Assembly (NCBI GenBank): GCA_002245135.1
Contig: NGBS01001168.1
Coordinates: 186,001-211,530, forward strand
Source of the DNA: Proteromonas lacertae
Lineage: Eukaryota
Length of the DNA: 25,530 bases
Direction of reading: 5' to 3'
Shown: piece by piece, positions 20,201 through 25,530 of the stretch
How positions within the stretch are numbered: position 1 is the stretch's first letter
How the letters are laid out: each line of letters starts with the position of its first letter
The notes under the pieces: model-generated
Seen by the model: the letters and a program-made list of their open reading frames with translations, nothing else
What the model was told of the DNA's origin: nothing
Database searches by the model: none
Program-made: the position numbers and the translations under genes

Positions 20201-21540
20201 ATACAATAGAAGGTGAAGTAAAGATTAATAATAATAATCACTTTGAAAAGAATATTGTTTTAATATATAAACCAAAAGATGAAGTAAAAATAATGAGAAT
20301 AACTAATGATATATTTATTGGTAGAGATAGTTTAAAAAGATGTGATGCAAGAAATTCAATTGGTATATTTGAATTGCTGCCTTTGAATATAGGAATATTC
20401 TTCCGAAAGAAATATAGTTTAACAATTTCATTGGTTTACACATTATTAGATAGACTTTATGTTCTTCAACAATCTTCCGAATTTTTGAAACAATATAATA
20501 TCAACTTATATTTTGGAAGTTATGAAATTGACAAAGATTTTGGAGATGAATTAGTTCGTTTTTTGGATGATAATAATGATATTGGTTTATCAGTTATATT
20601 TATGACAATTCCATTCAATGCAAGCAGTGATAGTCTAGATAGAATATCTGAAAAATTCAAAATAGCAATTTTCAATTTAGATTCTGCTATAGAAGTAGAA
20701 TCAAAGTATATTTTAAATGGTGGTTCAGCTACTAGTGTATATGGAAATAATCTATATAAATTCAGTCTTCCAATATCTGATTTTATATATATAATAATTG
20801 AAGAAGAAAGAGCAGAAACATTTGATTATATGTTAGGATTATATAATGTTTCAGATATTGGTTATAAGTTTTTATATGTAAATGATATTTTGGAAAAAAT
20901 AAAAAATGATATATTCTATATAAAGAATGAATTGTCAAAATGTAGTATTTATTCCAATAATGGAAGTTGTGCAGTCCTTTATTTAGCAACATATAACAAA
21001 GAGACTTTTAACATACTATCCTACATTCAATTATTCACTTATAAAGACATATACTTTTTTATAATCGAATTAAATAGATATGATGAAAGTGATTTTATGG
21101 TGATAGATGGATGGAATTACATATCAACTTATACCAGATCATTATCTGAACAAAATTACCCTTTTTTAAATTCTGAAGTTGAAGAATTCAATTCATATTT
21201 GTATGATAGTTATCCCGATTCAGCATCTTTCTATTCTATAGCAAATTTAGAAATAATATATTCAATGATAAATTTATGGGTTCAAGTGGTTAATAACAGT
21301 CTATCAATAGATCCAGAAGTGATAATGAAATCGATACGATATCATGAATATCAATCTCCATCTGGTTTATTATATGTTCAAAATAGTTGTTATGTGCAAA
21401 GAAGACTATATAAAGGAGTTGTTGATAAGAATCATAAGAAGGTTGATATTACAGATTATTCAACAATGTTATCTCCTATACCATTACAGACAGAGAAATT
21501 TCTCAATCCAATGCATGTTGGTTTAGTATTGGTTTATTAA
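17242..21540 (+). CDS. Giant intronless protein with tandem type-1 periplasmic-binding-protein (UrtA/AmiC-like, Venus-flytrap) domains; truncated at a fold-back junction
   Basis: 1432-codon open frame with about 350-400-aa repeats: LLFNIGFAKPESCDSNII, LYFYNDNYFGKICNKQVFFTILIPDQY, PIFVLSDRINNECSENVY, AIFNLDSAIEVESKYIL. These recall UrtA LLFYPVQYEG.ECS.NIFYTGAAPNQQ. Repeat ends such as TIEGEVKINNNNHFEK recall F.APEG.V.I...NHHL.K. The stop at 21538-21540 lies just past the inversion junction. Confidence 0.75.
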   Translation: MIEVIKSNPSNSLYLGLIESSEIEEIGKSLKEKDSLLFNIGFAKPESCDSNIIHMNSYLTTYMLQIMLNIRKQCVSFIVLYNSNSMDSVYSSEFFKKELNFYNISHSYLININGNESINQFISTNQRLIIQPNCLINFLDEELTSNLIESVKDSISNKITLVSFHVKYFNYPYYPNIDHIIVSNYNPFIESELLNKIKNGKERIISPYVLYGYMSAKYIVNAYRSISSSDSISVNVLLDNVNDIEILHACNVKVKVNEAHYLEQPLYMLLHLSDGYNFEEYVVSTIHVYAIPYSPRDGLVCSFSKNRIEISPIKFGFIYSLDDLDSDGFTVFLDEIISLNHLKYKYDFNNKIGVEYYIYNVENNQLLCNNGMDFMIEKEVEYLLTSNKYLCFDTIVTRIEEYPNMLYFYNDNYFGKICNKQVFFTILIPDQYFNQIINYIKKDSKCFYLFYYSYDVISNEYFKIMYKLLKKYPEELTIKPVDLSSYEEVNAYSIVREVYTEEGFSILFLRTKDDISQFTLSLKVLFNSEIISIPIDTNNNYEILNSGLYNYMYYVSFYRFNDIIDSMKITQEYYKTNGEESYRLYYPYSSLEIIFEAIKELNAQDIHNREKFYEVIYTKTFTSFSKELSFNANNYIRRKFDLTEKFNTIIEYKVYIEPIIEDNLQCNFFTSKQDIVDVYLLIDSNDVDISLIMFSELLFNYLSRSNDSNVIFVPYVKRMNESSECVNLINEFLSDSSYDLMIFVSPKMLCSDFIYNSSLKNENPIFVLSDRINNECSENVYVNGLFPEVYLNDRFEYYTRQYSFSTYGKGLFFIDPKYADYYKTVDDLSNHYDVNIVYKQYDSDLDKFSLKWENIANNSVHGGLYYIFFEQNDEIKELFLEKVKNIEDIYQSTIIVISSFTHPHCSNVFFSTVNSVPIKRIENNELSKLYYLLLDDIHSKAVLDPSVEDYSISSLFSTMLIICKAMKISDSCDYNTYRSYLYESIVNTIEGEVKINNNNHFEKNIVLIYKPKDEVKIMRITNDIFIGRDSLKRCDARNSIGIFELLPLNIGIFFRKKYSLTISLVYTLLDRLYVLQQSSEFLKQYNINLYFGSYEIDKDFGDELVRFLDDNNDIGLSVIFMTIPFNASSDSLDRISEKFKIAIFNLDSAIEVESKYILNGGSATSVYGNNLYKFSLPISDFIYIIIEEERAETFDYMLGLYNVSDIGYKFLYVNDILEKIKNDIFYIKNELSKCSIYSNNGSCAVLYLATYNKETFNILSYIQLFTYKDIYFFIIELNRYDESDFMVIDGWNYISTYTRSLSEQNYPFLNSEVEEFNSYLYDSYPDSASFYSIANLEIIYSMINLWVQVVNNSLSIDPEVIMKSIRYHEYQSPSGLLYVQNSCYVQRRLYKGVVDKNHKKVDITDYSTMLSPIPLQTEKFLNPMHVGLVLVY

Positions 21541-24500
21541 TCACTACTAATACAAATAGTATTATAAAAATTAAAACATAAAATCCAAATATAACATATA
21601 TAGCTACTAAACAATCATCACTATATTCAAAATATCTTATTGTTGGACCATTATAACATTCTTCATTTGTCTCTTTGTATGGTATTATCATATAACTCAA
21701 ATCTGGATAAATCTTTATTAAACTATGAGCTTGAGTTATTTCACTTAAATATAATTCATGACTGATTGTATTACTTTCACTTCCTTCAATATGACCAAAT
21801 GCACAAGACAATGATATACTCTGAAATAAGATTTGAGTGTAAAGTATTATATTCTTATCATTCCTCTCTAATCCATCTTCATCAATTACTTTTAATGCAT
21901 TATTGTAACGATCTAAAAATGATCTAAATACACAATCTAATGCAGCTATTGCTTCAGATACTTTGATTTCTGAACCTACACGTTTTTTAACAAATTCTTC
22001 AAATAATAAAACAGATATATCTCGAACATCACCATTATATGATGATATTATCAGAAAATTTGTTAAATTATTGTCCAAGTCTTTATCAAGGTAATAATAT
22101 TCATAATTGTATAATAAATGATTATATCTTCCCATTGGAATTGAATGATTAAAGTAAATCGTTAAAAATTCTTTCAATACTGATTCTTTTAGAAAATTCA
22201 ATATTATTGTACTTGTTTCGCTTGATATTAAATCAGAGTAGAATGTTTCAAAATCTTCTTCCATATCAGTGAAATTTAAACCAAAATTATATTCTTCCAT
22301 TTTTGTAGATGTTTCATTTATCTCATTCTTTATACTTTCAATAAATTTTAATTCATTTTCATCATTATAAATAAACATTATTCGAGAACATTTGATCCTT
22401 TCTAAATAGCTTAATGTAATATTCTTATAATGGTTTAAAGGAAAAGAATAACCTATAACATATTTATTACAATCTCTTTCTTCTACTTTGGCTATACTGA
22501 AGAATAATTGTTCTCCTGTATTATTCATTTTTCTAACTACCAAATCATGACAATACACTGAAGGACATCCAAATATAAAATTAACTTCATCATTTGATAG
22601 GAGTTTCTTCACTTTTGATTCATCTTCAGAAGTGTGATATAATATAACTATTTCAATTATAAACTTGTTTTCATTTGCATTTTTATCAAATATCAATACA
22701 TTCATTTCTAATAACAACAATTTTGATAACTTCTTATAGATTGGGTAATAATCCAATACTAAACCAACATGCATTGGATTGAGAAATTTCTCTGTCTGTA
22801 ATGGTATAGGAGATAACATTGTTGAATAATCTGTAATATCAACCTTCTTATGATTCTTATCAACAACTCCTTTATATAGTCTTCTTTGCACATAACAACT
22901 ATTTTGAACATATAATAAACCAGATGGAGATTGATATTCATGATATCGTATCGATTTCATTATCACTTCTGGATCTATTGATAGACTGTTATTAACCACT
23001 TGAACCCATAAATTTATCATTGAATATATTATTTCTAAATTTGCTATAGAATAGAAAGATGCTGAATCGGGATAACTATCATACAAATATGAATTGAATT
23101 CTTCAACTTCAGAATTTAAAAAAGGGTAATTTTGTTCAGATAATGATCTGGTATAAGTTGATATGTAATTCCATCCATCTATCACCATAAAATCACTTTC
23201 ATCATATCTATTTAATTCGATTATAAAAAAGTATATGTCTTTATAAGTGAATAATTGAATGTAGGATAGTATGTTAAAAGTCTCTTTGTTATATGTTGCT
23301 AAATAAAGGACTGCACAACTTCCATTATTGGAATAAATACTACATTTTGACAATTCATTCTTTATATAGAATATATCATTTTTTATTTTTTCCAAAAATA
23401 TCATTTACATATAAAAACTTATAACCAATATCTGAAACATTATATAATCCTAACATATAATCAAATGTTTCTACTCTTTCTTCTTCAATTATTATATATA
23501 TAAAATCAGATATTGGAAGACTGAATTTATATAGATTATTTCCATATACACTAGTAGCTGAACCACCATTTAAAATATACTTTGATTCTACTTCTATAGC
23601 AGAATCTAAATTGAAAATTGCTATTTTGAATTTTTCAGATATTCTATCTAGACTATCACTGCTTGCATTGAATGGAATTGTCATAAATATAACTGATAAA
23701 CCAATATCATTATTATCATCCAAAAAACGAAACTAATTCATCTCCAAAATCTTTGTCAATTTCATAACTTCCAAAATATAAGTTGATATTATATTGTTTC
23801 AAAAATTCGGAAGATTGTTGAAGAACATAAAGTCTATCTAATAATGTGTAAACTAATGAAATTGTTAAACTATATTTCTTTCGAAAGAATATTCCTATAT
23901 TCAAAGGCAGCAATTCAAATATACCAATTGAATTTCTTGCATCACATCTTTTTAAACTATCTCTACCAATAAATATATCATTAGTTATTCTCATTATTTT
24001 TACTTCATCTTTTTGGTTTATATATTAAAACAATATTCTTTTCAAAGTGATTATTATTATTAATCTTTACTTCACCTTCTATTGTATTTACTATACTTTC
24101 ATATAAATATGATCTATATGTGTTATAATCACAACTATCTGATATTTCATTGCTTTACATATTATTAACATGGTTGAGAATAATGAAGATATACTATAAT
24201 CTTCTACACTTGGATCTAATACAGCTTTGCTATGTATATCATCTAATAACAAATAATAAAGCTTTGACAATTCATTATTTTCTATTCTTTTTATTGGAAC
24301 ACTGTTTACTGTACTAAAAAATACATTTGAACAATGAGGATGAGTAAAACTAGATATAACTATTATTGTTGATTGATAAATATCTTCAATATTTTTCACT
24401 TTTTCCAAGAATAGTTCTTTTATTTCATCATTTTGTTCAAAGAAAATATAATATAAACCACCATGAACAGAATTATTTGCAATATTTTCCCATTTTAAAC

Positions 24501-25530
24501 TAAATTTATCTAAATCACTATCATATTGCTTATAAACTATATTTACATCATAATGATTTGATAAATCATCTACAGTTTTATAATAATCAGCATATTTTGG
24601 ATCTATAAAGAACAGTCCTTTACCATAGGTACTAAAACTGTACTGTCGAGTATAATATTCAAATCGATCATTAAGATATACTTCTGGAAATAAACCATTT
24701 ACATATACATTCTCAGAACATTCATTGTTTATTCTATCAGATAAGACAAATATTGGGTTTTCATTCTTTAATGAAGAATTGTAAATAAAATCAGAACATA
24801 ACATCTTTGGAGATACAAATATCATCAAGTCATAAGAAGAATCAGATAAAAATTCATTTATAAGATTAACACATTTCTGACGATTCATTCATTCTTTTAA
24901 CATAAGGAACAAATATTACATTACTATCATTAGATCTGCTTAGATAATTGAATAATAACTCACTGAACATTATTAAGGATATATCAACGTCATTTGAATC
25001 TATCAACAGATATACATCAACAATATCTTGTTTAGAAGTAAAAAAGTTACATTGTAAATTATCTTCTATGATTGGTTCTATATAGACTTTATATTCAATA
25101 ATAGTGTTAAACTTTTCTGTTAAATCAAATTTTCTACGAATGTAATTATTTGCATTGAAAGATAATTCTTTTGAGAATGATGTAAATGTTTTCGTATAGA
25201 TTACTTCATAAAACTTTCTCTATTATGGATATCTTGTGCATTTAATTCTTTAATTGCTTCAAATATTATTTCTAGTGATGAATAAGGATAATATAATCTG
25301 TAAGATTCTTCACCATTAGTTTTATAATACTCTTGTGTTATTTTCATTGAATCAATTATATCATTAAAACGATAGAATGAAACATAATACATATAATTAT
25401 ACAAACCACTATTCAAAATTTCATAGTTATTATTTGTATCTATTGGAATTGATATTATTTCACTATTAAATAAGACTTTTAAAGATAATGTAAACTGAGA
25501 TATATCATCTTTTGTTCTTAAAAATAAGAT
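18757..25530. repeat. Long inverted repeat: arm 1 18757-21532, spacer 21533-22752 (1220 bp), arm 2 22753-25530 (runs off the window)
   Basis: The window end reverse-complements to ATCTTATTTTTAAGAACAAAAGATGATATA at 18757. Inner ends: ..GTTTAGTATTGG (to 21532) and CCAATACTAAAC.. (from 22753). I found nine differences between the arms. Confidence 0.97.
21503..25530 (-). CDS. Inverted second copy of the same gene (enters from the window edge, frameshifted), carrying the fifth binding domain and a TM helix
   Basis: Minus-strand ORF fragments reproduce the plus-strand protein and are broken by six 1-nt homopolymer indels. ORF 23404-21503 continues past NPMHVGLVL into unique sequence: FIFGCPSVYC..QLFFSIAKVEERDCNKYVI..SCAFGHIEG, then LVAIYVIFGFYVLIFIILFVLVVI. 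Confidence 0.7.

Noticed and set aside
18757..25530. Transposon terminal inverted repeats flanking the 1220-bp spacer
   Set aside because: Arms and spacer are contiguous coding sequence of one gene, with no transposase and no target-site duplication visible.
17242..25530. Bacterial contaminant or operon because the region is intronless and has UrtA-like domains
   Set aside because: Composition looks like the flanking intron-containing genes, there are no ABC permease/ATPase genes, and the domains are fused, Cys-linked and highly divergent.

Overview
Very AT-rich, gene-dense eukaryotic (protist) DNA with tiny GT-AG introns (mostly 26-44 nt), so the ORF track fragments most genes. This architecture resembles Blastocystis-like stramenopiles (inference). 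Manual splicing gives, left to right: the 3' end of a Cys-rich gene and an intronless CxxC-repeat paralog (tandem family); SCFD2-like Sec1/Munc18 protein; MRH+EGF+TM sorting-receptor-like protein; casein kinase 2 beta; prefoldin 5; a shortened LRRC9-like LRR protein; a UFD1-domain/zinc-finger/UIM protein; LSG1 GTPase; a decayed RNI-like LRR pseudogene; and an HMG-box protein. Last is a giant intronless gene with about five tandem UrtA/AmiC-like solute-binding (Venus-flytrap) domains followed by a transmembrane helix. That gene is caught in a fold-back inverted duplication (arms 18757-21532 and 22753-25530, 1220-bp spacer, microhomology junction), which could be an amplification/long-read chimera or a real rearrangement. 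A CG-containing motif TAGTCGTT/AACGACTA recurs just upstream of several start codons. All homology calls are from recalled family motifs; no searches were run.
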